Positions 29,844 through 39,069 of a DNA stretch of 64,000 nt are shown here, piece by piece. The notes under the pieces are model-generated. The model did no database searches and was not told where the DNA came from. It saw only the letters and a program-made list of their open reading frames with translations. The number at the start of each line of letters is the position of its first letter. Position 1 is the first letter of the stretch. The DNA is from Dehalococcoidia bacterium (lineage in GTDB: Bacteria > Chloroflexota > Dehalococcoidia > Dehalococcoidales > RBG-16-60-22), in NCBI GenBank assembly GCA_011192005.1, contig DUFB01000062.1, positions 12,074-76,073 of the forward strand, read 5' to 3'. Position numbers and translations under genes: made by a program.

Positions 29844-30125
29844 CTAGGAGATAGTTACAGCTAAAATAATCAGGATAATAATGATAATCGCTGCCAGGAC
29901 CCCGATTCTCCGGAGCTCTTGAAATACGTAGGGATAACTTACGGTGCGTTGACGGGACGGAGTTTCCGCAGGCTTGGGCGCCGGCGTAATAACAGGCTCT
30001 TTCACCTGAGCAGGCTTCTCCGGTACCGGTGGTCTTGCCATTAAAGCTCCCTGACGCTGGATAGCTTTACTCTTTTTACTCTGGTGAGGATGCTTTCCCC
30101 GGGAACGTCGTGATTTTGATGGCAT
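29844..30125 (-). CDS. small basic, Pro-rich protein with a C-terminal TM anchor
   Basis: 93 aa. Lys/Arg-rich N-terminus, PxP-rich middle, terminal LAAIIIIILIILAVTIS helix. Confidence 0.5.
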   Translation of the reverse strand: MPSKSRRSRGKHPHQSKKSKAIQRQGALMARPPVPEKPAQVKEPVITPAPKPAETPSRQRTVSYPYVFQELRRIGVLAAIIIIILIILAVTIS

Positions 30126-30137
30126 CCTGTACCTCCT

Positions 30138-31049
30138 CTATTTTGCCCTGGGGTGCGATTTATCGTAAGATTTCCGTACCTGCTCGGTGGTCAGATGGGT
30201 ATAGACCTGTGTCGTGGATATATTAGCATGTCCCAGGAGTTCCTGCACCGACCGCAAGTCCGCCCCACCGTTAAGCATATGCGTAGCGAAGCTGTGCCTA
30301 AGCGTATGAGGACTTATCTTTTGATCCAGTCCGGCCGATTTGGCATATTCCTTAAGCTTTTGCCAGAACCCTTGCCTGGTAAGCCTCTCGCCGCGGGCAT
30401 TCAAGAACAGGGCATTATCCTTTTTATTACGCAGGAGTTTGGGACGCTCCTTATCAACATATTCTTTGACTAACTTGATTACCCCTTCGTAAAGCGGCAC
30501 GATGCGCTCTTTTCGTCCCTTACCAAAGCAGCGCACGAAATAATCGCCCTCCATGTTCACGTCGCCCATATTTAGAGCCACCAGTTCGCTGATTCTCATG
30601 CCGCTGGCATAAAGTAATTCCAGCATGGCTCTATCTCTTTTAGCTTCGGAAGTCGTCAGCTTGGCTGGTTGTTCCAGGAGAAGGCGTACCTGGTTAATCG
30701 GTATGGGTTTGGGTAAGGCCTTACCCACGCTGGGCGAACTCAGATTCTCGGTCGGGTCGGACTTAATCGCACCTTCCGCTACCATAAAACCGAAGAAAGA
30801 CCTGGCCGCCGCCACTTTACGGGCAATCGTCGTGGGAACGTATCCCCTTTCTTTCAGAAAGAGCAGGTAAGTTAGCATGTTCTGGCGGGTGAACTTCTTC
30901 CAGGTTACGCCCGGACCCTCTCGGGACAGCTCTTTCTCGGCAAAATCAGCCAAAGCCATAAGGTCATTACGGTACGCATTGATGGTATTATCGGAATAAC
31001 CTTTCTCTACAGTCAGATAATTTAAAAAGTTATTAATCGGCTCTCTCAT
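30138..31049 (-). CDS. xerC: site-specific tyrosine recombinase, XerC/XerD family
   Basis: 303 aa. HTLRHSFATHML and LLGHANISTTQVYTHL (R-H-R-Y catalytic set). XerC versus XerD cannot be decided by eye. Confidence 0.85.
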   Translation of the reverse strand: MREPINNFLNYLTVEKGYSDNTINAYRNDLMALADFAEKELSREGPGVTWKKFTRQNMLTYLLFLKERGYVPTTIARKVAAARSFFGFMVAEGAIKSDPTENLSSPSVGKALPKPIPINQVRLLLEQPAKLTTSEAKRDRAMLELLYASGMRISELVALNMGDVNMEGDYFVRCFGKGRKERIVPLYEGVIKLVKEYVDKERPKLLRNKKDNALFLNARGERLTRQGFWQKLKEYAKSAGLDQKISPHTLRHSFATHMLNGGADLRSVQELLGHANISTTQVYTHLTTEQVRKSYDKSHPRAK

Positions 31050-31107
31050 TGTATCTCCTCGTGATGTTTTATTCTGGCAAAATTAGCCGCTTATTGCTCC
31101 AAACATA

Positions 31108-31135
31108 TTTTAACATAATATTCAAACAAGTAAAA
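31108..31135. other. dif-like sequence (good XerD-arm plus spacer, poor second arm)
   Basis: The reverse complement reads TTTTACTTGTT-TGAATA-TTATGTTAAAA. Recalled E. coli dif is GGTGCGCATAA-TGTATA-TTATGTTAAAT. Confidence 0.25.
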
Positions 31136-31272
31136 GTATGTTTGTAAACGTCAACACCCCCAAAATTACCTGAACTACCTATGACCAAATAGCTATTGTA
31201 AATGGGAAAAATGGCATATAAGATTATTTCTGTAAATCCTATACATATCAGTAAATTTGGGACTCTATACTT

Positions 31273-32787
31273 ATGACAGAATCCATAGGAGGGGCTCAGA
31301 GTAGCCTGCGAAAAAATGCTCCTGAGCCAGAAGCACTTCAGATGATTCCCGAAGCCATGGCTCGTAAACACATGGCTATCCCCTTACTTAAAACCGGCAA
31401 TATCCTGCGTGTGGCCATGGCTAATCCTACCGATATATTCGCTCTGGAAGCCCTTGCCAGCTGGAGTCAGATGCGTATCGAGCCTGAAGAGGCTACCGCC
31501 GAAGATGTCCTCGATGCAATCGACTTTAATTACAAAGCTTATGAAGAGATACAGCAAAAGATATCGAGCATCCAGTCCGAGGATAAAAGGAAAGACGAAG
31601 ATAGAGTCCGCATAGATACCTCCATGGACGCCCCGGTAGCCCAGGCATTAACGATGATAGTGGATGAAGCGGTCAAAGCCAGGGCATCCGATATCCATCT
31701 CCAGCCGGGCGAAGAGAACCTCAGGGTCCGCTACAGAATCGACGGAACGCTTCATGATATGTTTTCTCTTCCCCTGACCACAGCTACCGCGCTTATTTCC
31801 AGGATAAAGGTCCTAGCTCAGATGAATATCGCCGACCATCACCGGCCTCAGGACGGGCAGTTCACCGTCAAAGCCAAGGGAAGGTCCATAGACGTTCGTG
31901 TGGGCAGTATCGCTACTGTGCACGGTGAAATGGCGACGTTAAGACTACTCGATAAAGCGAGGGCAACACTGGCCTTAAGCGAGCTGGGCTTTCTGCCCGA
32001 TAGCCTCGCTAAATTTGAAGATATGCTCAAGGTTTCCTACGGTATAATACTGGTAAGTGGACCGACCGGTGCCGGTAAAACCACGACACTTTACGCTGCA
32101 ATTAACACGCTCGACCGTATCGAAAGAAATATCATCACCGTTGAGGACCCGGTTGAGTACAGGTTTGAAAATATCAACCAGATACAGGTCAACCCCCGGG
32201 CAGGCCTGACCTTCGCCAGCGGCCTCCGGTCTATATTGCGGCTTGACCCTGATGTTATTCTAATTGGTGAGATACGTGACGCTGAAACGGCCAATATCGC
32301 CATTCAGTCAGCACTCACCGGACATCTGGTATTATCGTCAATCCACGCCAATGATACCGTCGGTGTCGTCCTGCGTCTTATGGACCTCGGCGTGGAGCCG
32401 TTCCTCGTTTCCTCGGCGCTAATCGGTGTAGTCGCTCAGAGGATGGTCCGGCGTATCTGTCCCAACTGCTCCAGCCCTACGGAAGTCTCTTCAGCCGAAA
32501 ATATGGCTTACGAACAAGAAATGAACGAGACAAAGGAAACATTCATGTACGGCAGCGGCTGTAAACACTGCTCCAATACCGGCTATCGCGGCAGAACCGG
32601 CGTATTTGAAATACTCCATAATAGCGAGGAAATAAAAACGATGCTTCTAAAAGGCGGTACTGCTGTGGAAATCCGCAAGCAAGCTATGAGAGAAGGCATG
32701 ATACCCCTAGCTAAAGACGGAATGATCAAGGTTAAAGAAAATATGACCACACCCTCGGAGATAATCCGGAACGCTTACACAGGATAA
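31273..32787 (+). CDS. pilB: type IV pilus assembly ATPase PilB (GspE family)
   Basis: T2SSE N-domain, Walker A GPTGAGKTTT, ILIGEIRD, His box, tetracysteine CPNC...CKHC. Confidence 0.9.
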   Translation: MTESIGGAQSSLRKNAPEPEALQMIPEAMARKHMAIPLLKTGNILRVAMANPTDIFALEALASWSQMRIEPEEATAEDVLDAIDFNYKAYEEIQQKISSIQSEDKRKDEDRVRIDTSMDAPVAQALTMIVDEAVKARASDIHLQPGEENLRVRYRIDGTLHDMFSLPLTTATALISRIKVLAQMNIADHHRPQDGQFTVKAKGRSIDVRVGSIATVHGEMATLRLLDKARATLALSELGFLPDSLAKFEDMLKVSYGIILVSGPTGAGKTTTLYAAINTLDRIERNIITVEDPVEYRFENINQIQVNPRAGLTFASGLRSILRLDPDVILIGEIRDAETANIAIQSALTGHLVLSSIHANDTVGVVLRLMDLGVEPFLVSSALIGVVAQRMVRRICPNCSSPTEVSSAENMAYEQEMNETKETFMYGSGCKHCSNTGYRGRTGVFEILHNSEEIKTMLLKGGTAVEIRKQAMREGMIPLAKDGMIKVKENMTTPSEIIRNAYTG

Positions 32788-32805
32788 AAAAGGGAAGAAA
32801 AATTT

Positions 32806-34014
32806 ATGGTATATCAATATATAGCCTGTAGCCCACAGGGAGAAGTTATCAAGGGAAGATTGACGGCTGCCAATGAAGAGGCCGTCAATGACATGATGAG
32901 TTACGCGGGTTATCGTTTAATTAACCTGAAACCGTACATCCCTTTCCTTAGCGTTGAAAGACTGAAGCAGGCTCTCTTCACGATAAAGCCGATGGAAATT
33001 GTGCTCTTCTTCCGTCAGCTGGCGCTTTTGCTGGAATCGGGTGTTAACATCGTTACCTCTCTAGAACTCCTGCAGGAACAGATGACCAATCCCAACATGA
33101 AAAAAGCGATGCAGGATATCCTTAAAGACCTCAGAAATGGCAATCAGTTATCCACGGCGATGGCCAAGCATCCCGAGGTGTTTTCTCCACTTGCCTGCAG
33201 GACACTAAGTATCGGCGAGCAGACTGGCGGACTGGAGACGATGTTGAGACAGGTAGCCGACTACATGGAAAAGGAAATTACCGCCAGAAAAAGTATAAAA
33301 AGTGCACTTACCTACCCGATTATTGCGGCCGTCGTTACCGTTATCGTTGTTGGTGTACTGGTCGGCTTTGTCTTACCGGCTTTCGGCGAATTGTATGATA
33401 AACTCCACGTGGAACTGCCGACAATGACAAAAATGATGATGGATTTCTCGGAGACCGTTAAGGCCAATATTATGTACATCATTATGGGTCTGGTGGTAGC
33501 GATAGGAGCTTTCCTTATTTATATTAAAACACCGGACGGTAGTTATAAATGGGACAAATTCCTGTTAAAATTACCTCTGATAGGCCGTGTAAAGCAGCTT
33601 AACGAGCTGTCCCGCTGCTGCAGGAGTATCTCCATCCTGTTTACCGCCGGTTTGCCGTTAACAGAAATTATGTCCCTGGTTACGCAGGGCACCAATAGCA
33701 AGGTCATGGCACAGGCTCTCAACAACGTTCACCAGGATATGCTCAAGGGTGAAGGCCTGTCCACACCCATGTCGAAGAATCCCTTCTTCCTGCCAATGAT
33801 AGTACGTATGGTCAAGGTCGGCGAGGAAACCGGTAGTCTTGATACCTCGCTGCTGGCCATTGCAGATAATTATGAAACAGAGGCTGAGGATAAAACGAAG
33901 GCTCTCATCGGGCTTATCCAGCCGATAATGACGCTGGTAATTGCTGGCGTAATCGGACTTATCGCGCTTTCGATGGTTTCGGCCATGTACAGCGTCTATG
34001 GCGCTGCGTTCTAA
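32806..34014 (+). CDS. pilC: type IV pilus platform protein PilC (GspF family)
   Basis: 402 aa. Duplicated T2SSF domains with 3 TM helices. Confidence 0.9.
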   Translation: MVYQYIACSPQGEVIKGRLTAANEEAVNDMMSYAGYRLINLKPYIPFLSVERLKQALFTIKPMEIVLFFRQLALLLESGVNIVTSLELLQEQMTNPNMKKAMQDILKDLRNGNQLSTAMAKHPEVFSPLACRTLSIGEQTGGLETMLRQVADYMEKEITARKSIKSALTYPIIAAVVTVIVVGVLVGFVLPAFGELYDKLHVELPTMTKMMMDFSETVKANIMYIIMGLVVAIGAFLIYIKTPDGSYKWDKFLLKLPLIGRVKQLNELSRCCRSISILFTAGLPLTEIMSLVTQGTNSKVMAQALNNVHQDMLKGEGLSTPMSKNPFFLPMIVRMVKVGEETGSLDTSLLAIADNYETEAEDKTKALIGLIQPIMTLVIAGVIGLIALSMVSAMYSVYGAAF

Positions 34015-34035
34015 CCTCTGGCAATCGAGGTCAAT

Positions 34036-34593
34036 ATGAAAAAGATAAAAATTAACCTGAGTAAAACCGGCTGGATAATCCTCTCGGTTGGCGTTTTCAT
34101 CGTCGTACTGGCGGGACTTGGTGTTACCTACTCTCAGCAGTTGAAAACAAGTAGCGAAGCCAGCGACGAACTGGAAGTAACCAAAATGAGGTTGGGACAA
34201 TTTAACATTGAAGAGCTGGAAAGCCAGAAAGCCTCACTTCAGGAATTGCATACTGAACTCTCCTTACAACATGATACTGGTAAAACATTGCTCTTACAGC
34301 CAGTCACGAGCATCGATGTCACTGATAAATGTTACGAAATCGCCGCCGAAAACAATGTGGAAATAATAGATATCGGCACGACCGATGTAAAAACGGACAC
34401 ATTCATTAAACTCCCCTGTGAAATGATATCGGTAAACATCGTCGTACGCGGTGAACTATCCGATATGGTAGATTTCATCATCAACATTAATGAAGACTTT
34501 AGCACAGGATACATCGTGACAGTCCAGACGGTAATGGCAGATACGCCCTATACTTCTGTACAGCTGGTCGTCTATACATACAAGGGAGATTAG
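34036..34593 (+). CDS. PilO-like pilus assembly protein
   Basis: 185 aa. N-terminal TM helix, coiled-coil segment, then a small alpha/beta domain. Sits between pilC and pilM. Confidence 0.55.
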   Translation: MKKIKINLSKTGWIILSVGVFIVVLAGLGVTYSQQLKTSSEASDELEVTKMRLGQFNIEELESQKASLQELHTELSLQHDTGKTLLLQPVTSIDVTDKCYEIAAENNVEIIDIGTTDVKTDTFIKLPCEMISVNIVVRGELSDMVDFIININEDFSTGYIVTVQTVMADTPYTSVQLVVYTYKGD

Positions 34594-34595
34594 TC

Positions 34596-36059
34596 ATGGC
34601 TAGGAAAATTACATCACTGTATATCAATGATAAAAGTATTCGGTTAATGGTTACCAGCGGCAAGAGAATAAGCAAACTTGCCGAAGTGCCTCTTGATATA
34701 GACCTGGAAGATGTTAGCGACGAAGATAAAGAAGCGGAACTGATTGAAAAGATAAAACATCTCTTCTCTGATAATAGAATCAGCCCCACCAGATTCATCT
34801 TCGGCATGAGTGGTCTCCACTCGCTATCACGCCCCGTGGTTTTACCCCTGCTGCCTAAAGCCATGCAGGAAGAGGCAATGACAAGGGAAGCTAAAAGGCT
34901 TTTGCCCGTTCCCCCGGAGCAATTACATATCTCCTGGCAGATTGTATCCAGTGATGAAAGCCGGATGCGGGCCTTCATCGTTGCTATGCCGCGGCAGACA
35001 ACTGATTACCTGCTAAATGCACTTGACCAGGCTGGGCTAAGACCGTACCTCATGGATATCAAACCGCTGGCCCTGGCTAGGCTGATAAAGGAAGATACGG
35101 CCATTCTCATTGATGCTCAGGAAACTGAATTTGATATTGTAATCGTGTCGGAAGGCTTCCCCCAGCCAATGCGTACTGTGTCCTTCCCTCATGATTCGTT
35201 GTCTTATCAGGAAAAATTGGCGATAGTAAAGGATGAATTAAGACGTACCGTACAGTTCTATAATTCAAATAATCCGGAAAAAGTGCTCCCCGAGGATACA
35301 ACCGTATATATTTCCGGTGAACTGGCGGATAATCCTGATTCGTTCGATTCAATTTCCCGCGAACTGGGATATCCGGTAGCGCCGCTGACTTCACCCCTGA
35401 AATGCCCCAAACAACTCGATCCATCGCATTATCTGGTTAATGTTGGTCTCACACTTAAAGAACTTCCCCGGGAGTCAGGCTCGCTTCTGGCTAATATTAA
35501 TACGCTTCCTGGAAACTATCTACCCAAGCCTATGTCACGCGGCAGCCTGCTGGCCATACCGGCTGCCGTGGCTGGTGTAGCGGTGATAGCGACTTTCGTA
35601 TTTATCATCCAGAGTACCGCCAGTGATATAAAAGCTACGAACGAGCAAATTGATGAGAACAATTTTGATATCAGCAGGAAACAGATAGAAAAACAGAGAC
35701 TTATGGCAGATATCGAGGATTTGAGCGGTAAGATAGCCAGCCTAGAAATAATCAATGACAGTTTTTCGGTTGTCTACGAAACCATCAGTTTAGCATCTGA
35801 GAGTTTGAACGCAGATATTAATGCCATCGTGGATAATCTGGTAAGTGCTATAGAACTGGAAAGTATAATCCATCGTGGCGATACCGTATCTATCAAGGGT
35901 ATATCTCCGTCTGAGGTGGAAGTCCTGGAATATGCTCGTAAACTTGATAGTACCCGCCGATTCGATGAGATTGTTATTAGCAAAATTAAAGAAATTGATA
36001 CCGATGAGATCCAGGCTCAGGAATATCACTTAACACTGAAGTTGAAAGGTGCGGACTAA
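34596..36059 (+). CDS. PilM-PilN fusion-type pilus assembly protein
   Basis: 487 aa. Actin-like PilM-length N-terminal ~300 aa, one TM helix (LLAIPAAVAGVAVIATFVFII), coiled-coil/PilN-like C-terminus. Confidence 0.65.
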   Translation: MARKITSLYINDKSIRLMVTSGKRISKLAEVPLDIDLEDVSDEDKEAELIEKIKHLFSDNRISPTRFIFGMSGLHSLSRPVVLPLLPKAMQEEAMTREAKRLLPVPPEQLHISWQIVSSDESRMRAFIVAMPRQTTDYLLNALDQAGLRPYLMDIKPLALARLIKEDTAILIDAQETEFDIVIVSEGFPQPMRTVSFPHDSLSYQEKLAIVKDELRRTVQFYNSNNPEKVLPEDTTVYISGELADNPDSFDSISRELGYPVAPLTSPLKCPKQLDPSHYLVNVGLTLKELPRESGSLLANINTLPGNYLPKPMSRGSLLAIPAAVAGVAVIATFVFIIQSTASDIKATNEQIDENNFDISRKQIEKQRLMADIEDLSGKIASLEIINDSFSVVYETISLASESLNADINAIVDNLVSAIELESIIHRGDTVSIKGISPSEVEVLEYARKLDSTRRFDEIVISKIKEIDTDEIQAQEYHLTLKLKGAD

Positions 36060-37222
36060 TGGATATTGTAGATCTATTAAAATTAGCTAAATCGCGTAAC
36101 GCTTCTGACCTGCATCTGGTCGTCAACCAGCCTCCCTTGCTTCGTATTGACGGTAGCCTCGGACCGATTGAAGGTATGTCAGTCGTCGGCGTGGAAGATA
36201 TGCAGGCAGCGTTCGAGCAGTTCACCACGGAAAAACACCGGGAGGAATTCGAGCAAAACTACGAACTTGATTACGGTGTTGGTATCGCCGATGTCGGCAG
36301 GGTGCGTTTCAATGTGGCCAGGCAGCGTAATACAATCAGCATCGTCGCGCGTTTATTGCCATCAACGATACCCTCTCCCGAGGAACTCGGGCTTCCGGAT
36401 ATCTGTAAAGAGCTCATATTACGTCCGCGTGGACTGGTAGTTATCAGCGGCCCCACCGGCAGCGGTAAATCCACCACCCTGGCATCCATGATTGATTACC
36501 TTAACCAGCTTGAAAACAAGCGAGTTGTTACAATAGAAGACCCGGTGGAGTACACCTATACCAATCTGCGCTGTACCATCACCCAGCGCGAGCTGGGCAG
36601 CGATACACTGTCATTTGCCGAAGCGCTCCGGCACGTTTTACGTCAGGATCCGGATGTCATCCTCGTCGGTGAGATGAGAGACCTGGAAACCGCATCGGCG
36701 GCACTTACTGTTGCCGAAACCGGCCACCTGGTACTGACTACTGGCCATGCCCCCAGCGCCTCTCAGGCAGTGGAAAGGATTATCAACATCTTCCCGCCCC
36801 ACGAGCGTTATCTGGCACAGGCCCGTCTGGCGTCCTTACTTCTGGGCATACTCTGTCAGGCCCTTATTCCTAAAGCCAATCAGGAGGGCAGGGTGGCGGC
36901 TATAGAGATAATGCTGGCGAATTCTGCCGTCAGGAACCTTATCAGGGAAGGCAAGACCTTCCAGATACCCAATACTATTCGCGTGAACTCCCATGCCGGC
37001 ATGCAGCTGCTGGATCAGGCACTGGTTAATCTGTATCATGATGGAGCTATAACTCTCGAAAGCGTCATGGAGTTCTGTAACGACAAGGACGAGATAGCCA
37101 GACTTACCGGTGGTAAAGAAGCCTGGCACCAGGAAGAGCCAACCCCGGTTCCAACTACCTACTATACCCCCGAAGAAGGCAACGAATACACTAATCCCGA
37201 TAACCAGCAAAGAGTTTATTAG
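36059..37222 (+). CDS. pilT: twitching-motility retraction ATPase PilT
   Basis: ASDLHL N-terminus, Walker A GPTGSGKSTT, ILVGEMRD, GHLV His box. Confidence 0.9.
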   Translation: MDIVDLLKLAKSRNASDLHLVVNQPPLLRIDGSLGPIEGMSVVGVEDMQAAFEQFTTEKHREEFEQNYELDYGVGIADVGRVRFNVARQRNTISIVARLLPSTIPSPEELGLPDICKELILRPRGLVVISGPTGSGKSTTLASMIDYLNQLENKRVVTIEDPVEYTYTNLRCTITQRELGSDTLSFAEALRHVLRQDPDVILVGEMRDLETASAALTVAETGHLVLTTGHAPSASQAVERIINIFPPHERYLAQARLASLLLGILCQALIPKANQEGRVAAIEIMLANSAVRNLIREGKTFQIPNTIRVNSHAGMQLLDQALVNLYHDGAITLESVMEFCNDKDEIARLTGGKEAWHQEEPTPVPTTYYTPEEGNEYTNPDNQQRVY

Positions 37223-37356
37223 ATCCTCTCCAGCCGTAAAAGGTATTCCTATACCCACATCTCATACCACGGGATACGGCTATCTTTAAATTCCCGCCAG
37301 GCCGGATAATATCTTTACGTTCAATTTATACGGGTAAATATTTTCTGAATAAAGAC

Positions 37357-37402
37357 ATAAAAAGCCTATCAGTAACTTTTATATTACTGATAGGCTTTCT
37401 AA
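37357..37402. terminator. strong bidirectional intrinsic terminator between pilT and the pilin gene
   Basis: 13-bp stem AGCCTATCAGTAA-8 nt-TTACTGATAGGCT (37363-37396). Flanked by an A-run on the left and a TTCTAATTT T-rich tract on the right. Confidence 0.85.
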
Positions 37403-37483
37403 TTTGTGTATCTGTTGTAATACTCTATTATTTCTTACATAATTATGTGTAGCTACACCGTGTAATAACAAGCATATTCGATA

Positions 37484-37858
37484 CTAGAAGGAAACCTGTA
37501 TCACGGTGCCATCGCCATTAACACTGTAGACACCGTTTACACCATCGACCGTGTATCCCATGATGTAGTCGCCGACTGAGATATTACCGGAGACAACTAC
37601 ATCATGCGTTGTATCGAAGGTCTGGTTATCACCGCCCGGTATCGTGCCCACAGCAGCATCGGCCATGGCTGCTGTTACCGCCGTCTGGACATTGTGCAGC
37701 TCGGCATCGGCTGCCTCGTCTTCACCCTGGCCAATGAACTTGCTTACGTTAGGTACGGCCACTGCTGCCAAAATGCCGAGTATGGCAATCACTACCAGCA
37801 GCTCGATCAGGGTAAAACCTTTCTCTCCGTAGCGGAATTTCCTCAATATCTTCTTCAT
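37484..37858 (-). CDS. type IV pilin (prepilin with class III signal peptide)
   Basis: Leader MKKILRKFRYGEKG / FTLIELLVVIAILGILAA. ATG 37858 lies 8 nt after AAGGAG; the track's GTG 37867 abuts the SD. No Cys pair. Confidence 0.85.
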   Translation of the reverse strand: MKKILRKFRYGEKGFTLIELLVVIAILGILAAVAVPNVSKFIGQGEDEAADAELHNVQTAVTAAMADAAVGTIPGGDNQTFDTTHDVVVSGNISVGDYIMGYTVDGVNGVYSVNGDGTVIQVSF

Positions 37859-37906
37859 TTCAGTCACTCCTTTCCCGTATTTTGCGTGTGTTATTGACTC
37901 AGTTTT

Positions 37907-37934
37907 AGCTTATCATAGTAGGGTGAAAGTTCAA
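37907..37934 (-). promoter_or_regulatory. possible pilin promoter
   Basis: Reverse strand TTGAAC (37934-37929), 16-nt spacer ending in TGa, TAAGCT (37912-37907). Alternatives exist in this AT-rich region. Confidence 0.3.
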
Positions 37935-38118
37935 TGAGTTAATAGTCATATGGCTTTATGGGAAAAAAGTCCCGTGTCACACGTGATTTTACGATTAAAA
38001 TGTCAGCATTCGGTATATTTTATATATTCAGGTTACTTGTCACCATCATACCTGCCCCTAATTATCATCGGTAAGAACACCCATTTGCATTAGGATGTCG
38101 GCACGGGCTGGTAATTCG

Positions 38119-38147
38119 TTGACTGCCCCGTTGACTATCCGTAATAA
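38119..38147 (+). promoter_or_regulatory. possible pilD promoter
   Basis: TTGACT (38119-38124), 17 nt, TAATAA (38142-38147). The -35 hexamer is directly repeated (cgTTGACTgccccgTTGACT). Confidence 0.35.
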
Positions 38148-38168
38148 AAAAGGGCAAAATGAACTAAC

Positions 38169-38984
38169 ATGGATATACTGCTATACATCATCTTTACCCT
38201 GCTGGGTCTGGCAGTCGGTAGTTTCCTGAATGTGCTGGTCGACCGTCTTCCTGTTGGTAAATCACTGGTGCATCCTTCGTCTCATTGTGATGCCTGTAAC
38301 CACAAGCTTTCATTTTTAGATTTAATACCTGTATTAAGCTATCTGATGTTGCGCGGACGCTGTCGCTACTGCCGGGCTCGTATACCCTTACGTATTCTCT
38401 GGGTTGAGGCAGGCAGCGGCCTTATCTTCTTTCTATCTTACTGGCGCTTCGGATTAACCGCTGAGTTCGCCATTACGGCGCTCTGGTGTTGCGTCTTCCT
38501 CTCGATTATTTTCATCGACTTTGAACACAAACTGATTCTCAACCGGATTACCTACCCCGCGGCCGTGGTCGGTCTGGTTATTCTGGGTATCGACACCATT
38601 TCCTCCGATTGGAACTTGCTGACTTATATCAAATCCTTCTGGCCCGAATCGGGCATTCTAAATATAGCTATCGTCAACGGCATCATCGCCGGTGCTATCG
38701 GGTTCGCTTTTTTCTTTATCATTTTTCTAATAAATCCGGGGGGAATGGGGATGGGAGACATCAAGCTGGCATTTCTCATCGGGCTCGCAACGGGATTACC
38801 CCTTTTCGTTGTCGCACTGCTTATCGGAATACTCCTCGGAGGCCTGGCAGCGATCATTCTGCTCGTATTCCTGAAAAAGGGCAGAAAGGATGTTATTCCC
38901 TACGGGACTTTCCTGGCCTTGGGACCGATTATTACTCTTCTCTGGGGAAACGAAATCTTCGATTGGTATCTCAGCCTCTTTTAG
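38169..38984 (+). CDS. pilD: prepilin peptidase / N-methyltransferase PilD (A24 family)
   Basis: 271 aa. N-terminal CxxC...CxxC (CDAC..CRYC), polytopic membrane protein, GMGMGDIKL catalytic Asp motif. Confidence 0.9.
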   Translation: MDILLYIIFTLLGLAVGSFLNVLVDRLPVGKSLVHPSSHCDACNHKLSFLDLIPVLSYLMLRGRCRYCRARIPLRILWVEAGSGLIFFLSYWRFGLTAEFAITALWCCVFLSIIFIDFEHKLILNRITYPAAVVGLVILGIDTISSDWNLLTYIKSFWPESGILNIAIVNGIIAGAIGFAFFFIIFLINPGGMGMGDIKLAFLIGLATGLPLFVVALLIGILLGGLAAIILLVFLKKGRKDVIPYGTFLALGPIITLLWGNEIFDWYLSLF

Positions 38985-39032
38985 CGTTTCACAGAATATC
39001 TGGTGTTTAATGTGTTTACATGCTTAAAACTG

Positions 39033-39061
39033 TTGACACTGTATACCCCTAGCAGTACAAT
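39033..39061 (+). promoter_or_regulatory. near-consensus promoter for a leaderless wHTH mRNA
   Basis: TTGACA (39033-39038), exactly 17 nt, TACAAT (39056-39061). ATG at 39070 lies 8 nt downstream, with an in-frame TGA at 39067-39069 and no SD. Confidence 0.65.
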
Positions 39062-39069
39062 AGTCCTGA

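Noticed and set aside
31069-31371. 100-aa reverse-strand ORF spanning the xer-pilB intergenic region and the pilB start
   Set aside because: AT-rich spacer translation with no SD. It overlaps the pilB N-terminus antisense and has no recognisable motifs.
38070-38105. Possible sigma54 promoter (TTGCA ... GGCAC) upstream of the pilin gene
   Set aside because: The elements are in the wrong order and orientation for either strand. The reverse strand reads GTGCCG-N9-TGCAA without the GG/GC dinucleotides at the -24/-12 spacing.
37868-38168. c-di-GMP riboswitch or sRNA in the 300-bp pilin/pilD divergent region
   Set aside because: I found no GEMM-like conserved blocks and no convincing stem-loops beyond short 4-5 bp pairings. 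Small ORFs there, e.g. a 49-codon ORF from ATG 37950, lack any SD.
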